The position numbers were made by a program, and so were the translations under genes. The notes under the pieces were generated by a model that did not search any database, was not told the origin of the DNA, and saw only the letters and a list, made by a program, of their open reading frames with translations. Positions 19,515 to 28,062 of a stretch of 55,611 nt of DNA are shown piece by piece. Source of the stretch: an uncultured Gammaproteobacteria bacterium (GTDB lineage Bacteria > Patescibacteriota > Microgenomatia > Levybacterales > UBA12049); contig CAZERI010000002.1 in NCBI GenBank assembly GCA_964515545.1, positions 1-55,611 of the forward strand. The letters run 5' to 3'. How positions within the stretch are numbered: the first letter of the stretch is position 1; every line of letters begins with the position of its first letter.

Positions 19515-20723
19515 ATGAACTATAAAAAAGATTTCCCAATTTTTAAAAATAATCCAAAGCTTGTTTATCTTGACTCAGCAGCAACTTCGCAAAAACCTCA
19601 GATAGTTCTTGACACTATTAATGACTATTATCTTTTTTATAATGCGAATATTCATAGAGGGTTGTATTCTCTCTCTGAAAAATCATCAACAAAAGTAGAA
19701 GAGGTAAGGAAGAAGGTTCAAGAATTTATCAAAGCAAAGGAAAGTAGTGAAATCATTTTTACAAAAGGAGCAACAGAAGGAATTAATCTCCTCATGTATA
19801 GCTTAGGACAAAAAAATATTAAAAAAGGAGATACTGTTGTTACAACAATAATGGACCACCATGCAAATTTTGTTCCCTGGCAGCAATTAGCATCCCAAAA
19901 AAAAACAAAGTTTGAGGTAGTAGGGATTACGGATGAAGGGACCCTTGATGAAGAAGATCTAATGCTAAAAACAACAAATGCTAGGATATTAGCACTTCCA
20001 TATGTCTCAAATGTTTTAGGATCAATAAATAATGTTGAAAATATAATTAAAAGAGTCCGAGGACAAAATTCAGAAATTATTATTATCTTAGACGCTGCTC
20101 AGTCAATGACTTTTTTAGATGTAGATGTTCGAAAAATAGATTGTGATTTTTTGGTTTTTTCAGGTCATAAAATATTTGCTGAAACAGGTATAGGGATCCT
20201 TTATGGTAGGAAGGAGCTGCTCGATGAGATTCCGCCATTTCTATTTGGCGGAGATATGATAAGAGAGGTAAATCTTAATAAAACAACATTTGCATCGTTA
20301 CCAAATAAATTTGAAGCTGGGACTAGTAATATCTCAGGCATTATCAGTCTTGGATCTGCAATCGACTATATTAAGTCTATCGGTATTGAAAGGATTAAAG
20401 TCCATGAGAAGAAATTGGTCAATGATCTTATTGATATGTTCCAAACAATTGGAGGTATAGAGATTATTGGGCCTAGGGATAGAGATGATCGGAGTAATAT
20501 TATTTCATTCGTAATACAAGGAGTCCATCCTCATGATATAGCCCAAGTACTAGCAGATGAGGATATTTGTATTAGGTCAGGGCATCATTGTACTATGCCT
20601 CTCCATGCATTTCTAAATATTCCTGCCTCAAGCAGGATAAGCCTTTCGATTTATAATACCGGAGATGATATAGAAAAAGTTGGTGCAGGAATAAAAAAAG
20701 TTAAAAAAATTTTTAAGAAATAA
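19515..20723 (+). CDS. sufS: Cysteine desulfurase SufS
   Basis: YLDSAATSQKP, FSGHK (PLP Lys), RSGHHC (catalytic Cys). Confidence 0.95.
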   Translation: MNYKKDFPIFKNNPKLVYLDSAATSQKPQIVLDTINDYYLFYNANIHRGLYSLSEKSSTKVEEVRKKVQEFIKAKESSEIIFTKGATEGINLLMYSLGQKNIKKGDTVVTTIMDHHANFVPWQQLASQKKTKFEVVGITDEGTLDEEDLMLKTTNARILALPYVSNVLGSINNVENIIKRVRGQNSEIIIILDAAQSMTFLDVDVRKIDCDFLVFSGHKIFAETGIGILYGRKELLDEIPPFLFGGDMIREVNLNKTTFASLPNKFEAGTSNISGIISLGSAIDYIKSIGIERIKVHEKKLVNDLIDMFQTIGGIEIIGPRDRDDRSNIISFVIQGVHPHDIAQVLADEDICIRSGHHCTMPLHAFLNIPASSRISLSIYNTGDDIEKVGAGIKKVKKIFKK

Positions 20724-20724
20724 T

Positions 20725-21093
20725 ATGAATATTTATAGAGACGAAATAATTGAGCATTATAACAATCCCCAGAACTTTGGGAGACTAAAGCACTTTAGTA
20801 ATTCTTCTCGACAAACTAACCCTTTTTGTGGTGATGATATAGAATTATTTATAGAGGTTAATAAAGATAAAAAAATCAAAAATATCGGATTTATCGGTAC
20901 GGGATGTGCGATTAGTGTAGCGTCAGCTTCAATACTTACTGAGTTCGTTCGAAATAAATCAATAATAGAATTGTCTTCATTTCAGGAAAGCGATATGATG
21001 CATTTATTAGAGATTGAAGTGAGTGAGACTCGTAAAAAATGTGCTCTTCTGGCATGGGCGACATTGCAGAATGTAATCAAAAAATATGAATAA
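20725..21093 (+). CDS. sufU: SufU/IscU-family sulfur-transfer protein
   Basis: NPFCGD, GCAIS, RKKCALL. Confidence 0.92.
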   Translation: MNIYRDEIIEHYNNPQNFGRLKHFSNSSRQTNPFCGDDIELFIEVNKDKKIKNIGFIGTGCAISVASASILTEFVRNKSIIELSSFQESDMMHLLEIEVSETRKKCALLAWATLQNVIKKYE

Positions 21094-21247
21094 TATTTCT
21101 GAAGAAGGAATATACGAATATATAGTATCCGAGCACTCTATAACTGGACAACTTTGTCCTGTATGTAAAGGAGAAATTGGTGTTATGCCGGGCAGTAGAG
21201 ACGCAGTATGTCACAACTGCGGATACAAAGATCCATGCTGTGAGTAG
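21086..21247 (+). CDS. 53-aa Cys-rich (zinc-ribbon-like) microprotein, not in ORF track
   Basis: MNNISEEGIYEYIVSEHSITGQLCPVCKGEIGVMPGSRDAVCHNCGYKDPCCE*; overlaps sufU stop by 8 nt and ends 2 nt before next ATG. Confidence 0.8.
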   Translation: MNNISEEGIYEYIVSEHSITGQLCPVCKGEIGVMPGSRDAVCHNCGYKDPCCE

Positions 21248-21249
21248 TT

Positions 21250-21780
21250 ATGAAAGTTGCAATTGGAACCAAAAATCCTGCCAAAATATCTGCTGTAGAG
21301 CAGGCATTTACAAAGGTTTGGCCAGACAGACAATGTGAATTCATTGGAGTTGAGGTTGTATCGAGCGTTTCGGATCAGCCAATGACAGATGAAGAGAGTA
21401 TTATAGGTGCCACTAATCGAGCCAAATCTGCCATGGAAAAAGTACAAGCGGATTTTGGTGTAGGTCTTGAGGGAGGATTACAAAAAATAGGTAATCAATG
21501 GTTTGATTGTGGTTGGATAGTAATCTTAGATAAAAAAGAACATAGAGGTATTGGCTCGTCGATAAAAATGGAAGTTCCACCTAAGATGATGAGATATATT
21601 CACGAAGGAATAGAGTTAGGTAAGGTAGTTGATATAGTTTTTCACGTTGAGAATGCTAAACATAGTAACGGACATTTTGGACTGATGACAGCTAATGCGA
21701 TTACCAGAGTTGAGGGGTATCGGGATGGAGTGATTGCAGCGTTGGCTGCATTTATTAACCCAGAGGTCTTTAAGGATTAG
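21250..21780 (+). CDS. yjjX: Inosine/xanthosine triphosphatase (YjjX/DUF84 family)
   Basis: GTKNPAK, VSDQPM, GATNRA, GVGLEGG. Confidence 0.9.
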   Translation: MKVAIGTKNPAKISAVEQAFTKVWPDRQCEFIGVEVVSSVSDQPMTDEESIIGATNRAKSAMEKVQADFGVGLEGGLQKIGNQWFDCGWIVILDKKEHRGIGSSIKMEVPPKMMRYIHEGIELGKVVDIVFHVENAKHSNGHFGLMTANAITRVEGYRDGVIAALAAFINPEVFKD

Positions 21781-22397
21781 ACATAGAGATCTTCAAGAAT
21801 ATCGGTAACACCTGGTTTTGGTCTGGCTGGTGCGTACTCTCTACCATAAAGGATAAGTAGATGAGGGAACTCTATCCACATGTCTTTAGGAACTATTTTC
21901 ATGAGGTCTTCTTCAATTTTTTCTGGCTTATCTGAATTGCTTAATCCCAATCTTCCTACAGCTCTGATGACATGAGTATCAACAACAATTCCTTCTGACT
22001 TATGAAATGCATCTCCCAAGACAACATTGGCTGTTTTTCTGGCAACTCCCGGGAGTGCATCTAGATCCTCCATAGTGTCTGGTATCTTTCCGCCATGTTT
22101 TTCTACAATTTGTTCTGAAGCAGCTTTGATATTCTTCGCTTTATTTCCATGGAAGGTAACTTTCTTAATGAGAGAATCGATATCTTCAACAGTTGCTTTT
22201 GCCATAGATTGCGGATCCGGATATTTTTTAAATAATTCAGGAGTTACTGTGTTAACTAACTTATCCGTACATTGTGCAGAAAGGATTGTAGCTATGAGCA
22301 ATTCGAAGGCGTTAGTAAATTCTAGTGCAGTTTTTGGATGGGGATAAATCTTCTTGAGTCTTGTATAAACTTCCTTGACTTTATCTTCTTTTGTCAT
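21777..22397 (-). CDS. nth: Endonuclease III lacking the [4Fe-4S] cysteine motif
   Basis: LSAQCTD, HhH LPGVARKTANVV (catalytic Lys), VDTHV (catalytic Asp). Confidence 0.92.
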   Translation of the reverse strand: MTKEDKVKEVYTRLKKIYPHPKTALEFTNAFELLIATILSAQCTDKLVNTVTPELFKKYPDPQSMAKATVEDIDSLIKKVTFHGNKAKNIKAASEQIVEKHGGKIPDTMEDLDALPGVARKTANVVLGDAFHKSEGIVVDTHVIRAVGRLGLSNSDKPEKIEEDLMKIVPKDMWIEFPHLLILYGREYAPARPKPGVTDILEDLYV

Positions 22398-22435
22398 GCT
22401 TCATTTCTACACCACTAAGCTTTATAATGCAAGAG

Positions 22436-22990
22436 ATGGAATTGTATTTTGTAACAGGCAATAAGGGAAAGGTTTTGGAAGTAGAAGAGATTTTAGGTTT
22501 TCCTATACGAATTGCAGACATAGACTTACCTGAGATTCAGTCTTTAGACCTCTCAGAGATAGTTACGGCAAAAGTGAAGTCAGCATATGAAAAAATTCAT
22601 AAACCTGTTTTTGTAGATGATGTAGGTTTTTTTGTCGAGGCATGGAATGGTTTTCCTGGACCCTTTATCAAATTTCTTCATAAAGCTGGGGGTAATTCTT
22701 TGCTTCTTCAGATGATGAGACACGAAAAAAATCGTTCAGTAATAGCAAAAGGAGTGGTAGCTTATTTTGATGGGAGCGTATGCAGACTATTTGAAGGAGA
22801 AGTGAGAGGACAGCTTACATTTGAGGAAAAAGGGACAGATGGGTGGGGATTTGATTTCGTTTTCCAGCCTGATGGGTCACCTTTAACATATGCAGAAATG
22901 GGGACGCCCAGAAAAAATATGATATCTCATAGATCTATTGCTATGAACAAATTGAAAAATTATTTTATAAATCTTCAGGTAGAAAGTTAG
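22436..22990 (+). CDS. rdgB: Non-canonical purine NTP pyrophosphatase (RdgB/HAM1)
   Basis: TGNKGK, GFPGP, GFDFVF, SHR; start refined to ATG 22436 (TATAAT 7 nt upstream). Confidence 0.92.
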   Translation: MELYFVTGNKGKVLEVEEILGFPIRIADIDLPEIQSLDLSEIVTAKVKSAYEKIHKPVFVDDVGFFVEAWNGFPGPFIKFLHKAGGNSLLLQMMRHEKNRSVIAKGVVAYFDGSVCRLFEGEVRGQLTFEEKGTDGWGFDFVFQPDGSPLTYAEMGTPRKNMISHRSIAMNKLKNYFINLQVES

Positions 22991-23015
22991 TTCGATACTT
23001 GCTAGTATAAAGTTA

Positions 23016-24752
23016 ATGATTGATATTCAGTGGCTTATCGGTGGAGAAGCGGGATACGGCATCATGACAACTGGAGTCACGATGGCAAAGATCTTTACTC
23101 GCCATGGGCTTTCTGTATTTGATTATGTAGAATATCCCTCTCTCATACGCGGTGGTCATAATGCGTACTACGTGAGAGCTTCAAATGAGATAATCCATTC
23201 TCAAAAAAAAACTGTAGATATTCTGATAGCTCTTAACCGTGAGACAATTGATAAGCATAAAGATGAATTAGCAGAGAATGCAGCAATACTATATGATTCT
23301 AATGAAGTCAAGGTAGATCCGAAAGAATTTAGCGACGATAAGATCCTTATTCCCCTTCCTCTTATCGACATGATTGAGGAACTCAAGGTCGATAGGCTAA
23401 TGACAAATACAATAACAATAGGAGCATCTCTGGCTCTTTTCTCTGACCATTATGAGATCCTTCAGAATATGATGGAAGAGATGTTTGAGAAAAAAGGTGA
23501 TGAGGTAACAGAGATTAATCTAAAAACATCAAAAGCAGGCTATGAATTTATCAAGAATCATCCAAAAAAATTTCATATCCAAATTAAAAAAACTGAACAG
23601 GATTCGTTACTAATATCCGGTGCTGAGTCAGTTGCTTTAGGTGCTATTAAAGCGGGTCTTAAATTTGCTGCTATTTATCCAATGACTCCAATAAATGTCG
23701 TGACGACGACTCTTACCACGCATGCTCTTGAATATAACATCATTGTTAAGGAGCCTGAAGATGAAATATCTGGAATCAATATGGCCATTGGTGCAGCATA
23801 TGCAGGAGTGAGAAGTATGGTTGCTACTTCTGGCGGAGGTTTTGCCCTAATGGCTGAAGGAATGGGTCTGGCTGCACAGTCTGAAGTACCATTAGTCATG
23901 GTGATGGGAATGCGCCCAGGTCCTGCAACAGGCATGCCAACCTGGACTGATCAAGGAGATCTACGATTTGTACTTCATGCAGCTCAGGGAGATTTTCCAC
24001 GTATTGTCTTAGCTCCAGGAGACTTGCGTGAGGCTTTTTCTTATACTATGCGGGCATTTAACTTGGCTGAGAAATATCAACTACCCGTTATTATTCTTGT
24101 TGATAAATATTTAATGGAAGGACATGGGACAGTTCTTCTTTCTGAAATGAAGGCTGATGCCTCATGGTTCCGATTGGATCGTGGAAAATTCCTAGCTGAT
24201 AAAGATATAGAGCATGAAACAGATTATAGGCGATACCTTCTAACAGATGATGGAATTTCTCCTCGTTCTATTCCTGGACAGAAAGGGGGCATTGGACTAA
24301 CTGGCTCTGATGAACATGATGAAAGAGGACTCTACAATGAAGAGTCACAAGTGAGAACTGCAATGATGGAAAAACGTTTTAAGAAATTAAAAGAAGCGGA
24401 GAAAGATATTTTTTTACCAGAGCTGCTCGGTGATAAGAGTGCTTCTATAACACTTGTCTCATTCGGCTCTACTAAGCTGCCTGCTTTGGATGCTATCCAT
24501 GTTTTGCATAAGCAAAATATCTCAGCTAATCTTCTAAATATTCCTTTCCTTAGTCCTTTTCCTAGCGAAAAAGTAATATCTCTTTTAAAAACAGCGAAAG
24601 AAAAAATAATAATTGAGGGGAATTATAGTGGCCAATTAGAGGGGTTAATCCGTGAGAAAACAGGTATAGAATTTAAGAATAGATTCCGTAAATATGATGG
24701 AAGACCATTTTATTTTGAAGAGATTGTTGAAAAGGTAAAGGAGGTTTTGTAA
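23016..24752 (+). CDS. korA: 2-oxoacid:ferredoxin oxidoreductase, alpha subunit (gamma-alpha fusion)
   Basis: GGEAGYG, IRGGH, YPMTP, EDEISG, TSGGG, RPGPATG; substrate specificity not determinable. Confidence 0.92.
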   Translation: MIDIQWLIGGEAGYGIMTTGVTMAKIFTRHGLSVFDYVEYPSLIRGGHNAYYVRASNEIIHSQKKTVDILIALNRETIDKHKDELAENAAILYDSNEVKVDPKEFSDDKILIPLPLIDMIEELKVDRLMTNTITIGASLALFSDHYEILQNMMEEMFEKKGDEVTEINLKTSKAGYEFIKNHPKKFHIQIKKTEQDSLLISGAESVALGAIKAGLKFAAIYPMTPINVVTTTLTTHALEYNIIVKEPEDEISGINMAIGAAYAGVRSMVATSGGGFALMAEGMGLAAQSEVPLVMVMGMRPGPATGMPTWTDQGDLRFVLHAAQGDFPRIVLAPGDLREAFSYTMRAFNLAEKYQLPVIILVDKYLMEGHGTVLLSEMKADASWFRLDRGKFLADKDIEHETDYRRYLLTDDGISPRSIPGQKGGIGLTGSDEHDERGLYNEESQVRTAMMEKRFKKLKEAEKDIFLPELLGDKSASITLVSFGSTKLPALDAIHVLHKQNISANLLNIPFLSPFPSEKVISLLKTAKEKIIIEGNYSGQLEGLIREKTGIEFKNRFRKYDGRPFYFEEIVEKVKEVL

Positions 24753-24753
24753 G

Positions 24754-25644
24754 ATGGCGACATTTAAAGAACTAGAGGTTGCCCATGATCATCCTAATTG
24801 GTGTCCTGGATGTGGAGATTTTGGCATCTGGGTATCTTTAAAGAATGCTATTGTTGAGTTAGGATTAAATCCTTGGGAGGTAGTCCTTATCTCAGGAATT
24901 GGCTGTTCTGGGAAACTTCCTTATTGGGTAAAAACGTATGGATTTAATGGTCTTCATGGTAGGCCTATGCCTGTTGCAGAAGGGATAAAGCTAGCAAATG
25001 CTGGTTTGACTGTTATTGTTATCGGTGGAGATGGCGATCAATATGCGGAAGGCTTCAATCATCTCGTCCATGCAGCAAGACGAAATATTAATCTAACGCT
25101 TCTTGTTCATAATAATCAGATATATGGTTTGACGACGGGACAGTATTCAGCAGAGACAGACATTGGAACCAAAAATAAAGTAACTCCCGTACCTACAGTG
25201 GAAGCGCCTCTTAATTCACTAAGTTCAGCCCTAGCTGCGGGTGCGACCTTTGTAGCGAGAGGATATGCAGGAGATAATAAATTAGAGACGAGACTTATGA
25301 TTGAGGCTATCCGTCATAAAGGTTTTTCAATTATTGATTCTATGCAACCATGCGTTACATTTAACCTCAAAAATACCTATACATGGTTTAATGAACATAT
25401 TTATCATGTCCAAGATACAGAGCATGATGTTACTAATAAATTAAAAGCTTTTGAAATTGCTGAGCAATGGCCGTTAAAACATGCCTTGAAAGAGGGGGAG
25501 GAAGAGAGAGTTGCTATAGGCCTTATTTATCAAGAGGAAAGACCGACCTGGGATGAGCAGATACCCCAAATTGCGCAAAAGCCATTGGTTGATCAATCTA
25601 TCGATTCTATCGATATTACCCACCTTCTGGAGAACCTTATGTAA
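24754..25644 (+). CDS. korB: 2-oxoacid:ferredoxin oxidoreductase, beta subunit
   Basis: WCPGCG, SGIGCS, GGDGD TPP motif, QPCVTF. Confidence 0.93.
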   Translation: MATFKELEVAHDHPNWCPGCGDFGIWVSLKNAIVELGLNPWEVVLISGIGCSGKLPYWVKTYGFNGLHGRPMPVAEGIKLANAGLTVIVIGGDGDQYAEGFNHLVHAARRNINLTLLVHNNQIYGLTTGQYSAETDIGTKNKVTPVPTVEAPLNSLSSALAAGATFVARGYAGDNKLETRLMIEAIRHKGFSIIDSMQPCVTFNLKNTYTWFNEHIYHVQDTEHDVTNKLKAFEIAEQWPLKHALKEGEEERVAIGLIYQEERPTWDEQIPQIAQKPLVDQSIDSIDITHLLENLM

Positions 25645-25650
25645 CTATGA

Positions 25651-25677
25651 AAAACCCCCAGCATTGCTAGGGGTTTT
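25651..25677. terminator. Bidirectional intrinsic terminator between convergent korB and DUF5679 gene
   Basis: AAAACCCC-c-AGC-att-GCT-a-GGGGTTTT inverted repeat. Confidence 0.75.
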
Positions 25678-25685
25678 ACGTATGT

Positions 25686-25716
25686 TTCTTGAAGGTTCTA
25701 CGTGAATCTTCAAGAA
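25686..25716. repeat. Second hairpin downstream of DUF5679 gene
   Basis: TTCTTGAAG-g-TTC-tacgt-GAA-t-CTTCAAGAA inverted repeat. Confidence 0.65.
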
Positions 25717-25734
25717 GAAATAGTCAGCAAAAGG

Positions 25735-25881
25735 TTACTTAGCTGCACCAATCTTGTACATTCCTGTACCACAAACTGGGCATTTACCTTTCATAGCTGG
25801 TTTACCATTTTTCATAGTAACAGCTTGAGCATTTGGATCATCGCGCTTTGCACGACATTTAACACAATACATTTCTGCCAT
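25735..25881 (-). CDS. 48-aa DUF5679-like zinc-ribbon protein, not in ORF track
   Basis: MAEMYCVKCRAKRDDPNAQAVTMKNGKPAMKGKCPVCGTGMYKIGAAK*; strong SD GGAGGTG at 25897-25891. Confidence 0.88.
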   Translation of the reverse strand: MAEMYCVKCRAKRDDPNAQAVTMKNGKPAMKGKCPVCGTGMYKIGAAK

Positions 25882-25995
25882 GGATAAAGTCACCTCCCCT
25901 CTTTATGCCAATCCTGATAGAGGAAATTCCTCTAGAGCAGGTCTTGGTATGCAAGTGGGTTGAAGAAAGATAGGTCATAATATTGTGAAGCTATA

Positions 25996-26268
25996 TTACA
26001 GCTTCACCACAAAGAATAACACAAGCTCAACAAGAATAATAGCGCTAGTGATTAAAGAGGTTTTTTTTAAATCATGGCGGACATAGCTATATTCTTTATC
26101 TAGAGAATGAATGATAGGCTGGCGGGTGGAATATGGAGAGCCCACTTCTGTTAGAACTCCAATATCCTTCAAGGAGATTCCCTGAGCAGAGGGACGAGAC
26201 TGAGAGAGATTCTGATGACGATTATCAGATGCAAGCTTTTGTAATCTTGTTTTTCTCTTCTTTGCCAT
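25996..26268 (-). CDS. Hypothetical protein, basic N-terminus and C-terminal TM
   Basis: ORF track; MAKKRKTR...; hydrophobic C-terminus. Confidence 0.7.
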   Translation of the reverse strand: MAKKRKTRLQKLASDNRHQNLSQSRPSAQGISLKDIGVLTEVGSPYSTRQPIIHSLDKEYSYVRHDLKKTSLITSAIILVELVLFFVVKL

Positions 26269-26290
26269 TATAGTAGGAAAGGTTACACTA

Positions 26291-26320
26291 TTGACACTGA
26301 GGCTGTCAAGAGGCTAAGAT
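26291..26320 (+). promoter_or_regulatory. Promoter whose -35 is half of a TTGACA-N7-TGTCAA inverted repeat
   Basis: TTGACA-18 nt-TAAGAT, 8 nt before ATG 26329. Confidence 0.6.
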
Positions 26321-26328
26321 GTTTCAAT

Positions 26329-26808
26329 ATGCAAGGGGTTATAGAGCTTCTGATACTTGGTATTTTTTTCCTCTGGCTTATAGGCCTAACATTGCTTCTC
26401 ATGCTTTATAAAAGACACTATGATAAATTGATTAGTGGCGTTACTACAGAGACATTGACTACAGTACTTGATAAGATACTAGGCGATCTTAATCTCGCAA
26501 AAAAAGATATTGCAAATCTCTCTACTCAGTATGATAGAATTGAAAAAGATGGCTCTTTGCACATCCAGAAGATAGGTCTTGTGAGGTTTAATCCATTTAA
26601 GGATACGGGCGGGGACCAGAGTTTTATTCTCTCACTTCTCGATGCACATGATACTGGTGTTGTCATCTCAGGACTATACTCCCGAACAGGTACGAGGTGG
26701 TATGCTAAAAAAGTGAAAGAAGGGTTAGGTATGGATCACGAACTATCTGAAGAGGAGATAAAAGCTGTACATCAAGCCAGAACAATTGGAAAAGAACATG
26801 GGAAATAA
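26329..26808 (+). CDS. DUF4446-like membrane-anchored protein
   Basis: N-terminal TM; QKIGLVRFNPFKDTGGDQSF..LLD..G..ISGLYSR..R.YAK pattern. Confidence 0.8.
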   Translation: MQGVIELLILGIFFLWLIGLTLLLMLYKRHYDKLISGVTTETLTTVLDKILGDLNLAKKDIANLSTQYDRIEKDGSLHIQKIGLVRFNPFKDTGGDQSFILSLLDAHDTGVVISGLYSRTGTRWYAKKVKEGLGMDHELSEEEIKAVHQARTIGKEHGK

Positions 26809-27970
26809 CAAACTGCTCATTATTATTGCTTGCATTGGAGTCTATCTTCTTTCGACGGGTATCTCCTACTCACTTTTTTCGAAATCATCTGATTCACTTA
26901 CTAACATTTCACCTGTCGATACAAAAAAGACAAATGCATATGGTGCATTAGAATTTGATGATTCAGGACCTAAGACAGAAGCCTGTCCTCTTAATGGTGC
27001 TATGTATACTAAGCAGCAGAGAAAGTGGTGGGAAGGGCATAGGCCTCTTGGAGTAATGATCGAGAATTCTTTGGATGCCCGTCCTCAGTCAGGTACTACT
27101 TTTGCGGATGTAGTTTATGAAGCCATTGCTGAGGGAGGTATCACCCGTTTCTTAGCGGTGTACTACTGTCAGGATGCAGGTATAGTAGGTCCTGTTCGAT
27201 CAGCTCGTACTTATTTCCTTGATGAAATCTCTGAATATGGTTCATATCCTCTTTACGCACATGTCGGAGGAGCAAATACTCCCGGTCCGGCTGATGCTTT
27301 AGGTCAGATAGTCGATTATGGATGGAATACCTATAACGACCTCAACCAGTTTTCAATCGGATTTCCTACCTTTAAACGCGATGAAGGACGCCTAGGCCAT
27401 CCTGTTGCTACGGAGCATACTATGTATTCGACCACTACGGGGTTGTGGGCAGTAGGTGCAAAGCGGGGTTTAACTGATAAAGATAAGGACGGAGAGTCAT
27501 GGGATACGAACTTTGTGCCTTGGTCATTTAAGTCTGACGCACCTGCAGATGCTAGACCAGCTAGTCAGAAAATATCCATGAATTTCTGGGAAGGCCAACC
27601 TGCTTATACTGTGGATTGGACGTATGATAAAGCAAGCAACTCTTATCTCCGTACTAATGGCGGTAAGGCTCATCTAGATAACAATACTAAAAAGCAAATT
27701 CAGCCTAAAAATGTAGTAATTCTTTATATGAGAGAGAGTAGAGCAAATGATGGTTATGAAGGTAACCTTCATGAGTTATTTGGAACTAAAGGAACAGGAA
27801 AGGCACTTGTTTTTCAAGATGGGAAAGAAATAGAGGCAACCTGGCATAAAGGCAGTCGCGAGGGGAGAACTGAATTAACAGTTATTTCGACTGGTAAAGA
27901 TGTACAGTTTAATCCAGGTCAAATATGGGTACAGATAGTCCCCACGTATAGTGATGTCACTGTAGATTAA
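26798..27970 (+). CDS. DUF3048 (YerB-like) membrane-anchored protein
   Basis: RPLGVMIEN, ARPQSG, AEGGITRF, GPVRSAR motifs. Confidence 0.85.
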   Translation: MGNNKLLIIIACIGVYLLSTGISYSLFSKSSDSLTNISPVDTKKTNAYGALEFDDSGPKTEACPLNGAMYTKQQRKWWEGHRPLGVMIENSLDARPQSGTTFADVVYEAIAEGGITRFLAVYYCQDAGIVGPVRSARTYFLDEISEYGSYPLYAHVGGANTPGPADALGQIVDYGWNTYNDLNQFSIGFPTFKRDEGRLGHPVATEHTMYSTTTGLWAVGAKRGLTDKDKDGESWDTNFVPWSFKSDAPADARPASQKISMNFWEGQPAYTVDWTYDKASNSYLRTNGGKAHLDNNTKKQIQPKNVVILYMRESRANDGYEGNLHELFGTKGTGKALVFQDGKEIEATWHKGSREGRTELTVISTGKDVQFNPGQIWVQIVPTYSDVTVD

Positions 27971-28062
27971 GAGTAGGTATTGTATTCATAAATAACTTTA
28001 CTCATTGCGCCTCAGGCATATTTGATATATAGTATAGTTACTGCCTCAATACTCACAGATTC

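Noticed and set aside
21211-21447. 78-aa minus-strand ORF in track
   Set aside because: Antisense to yjjX and the Cys-rich microprotein.
25702-25887. 61-aa plus-strand ORF in track
   Set aside because: The opposite strand carries a recognisable CxxC..CxxC protein with a strong SD.
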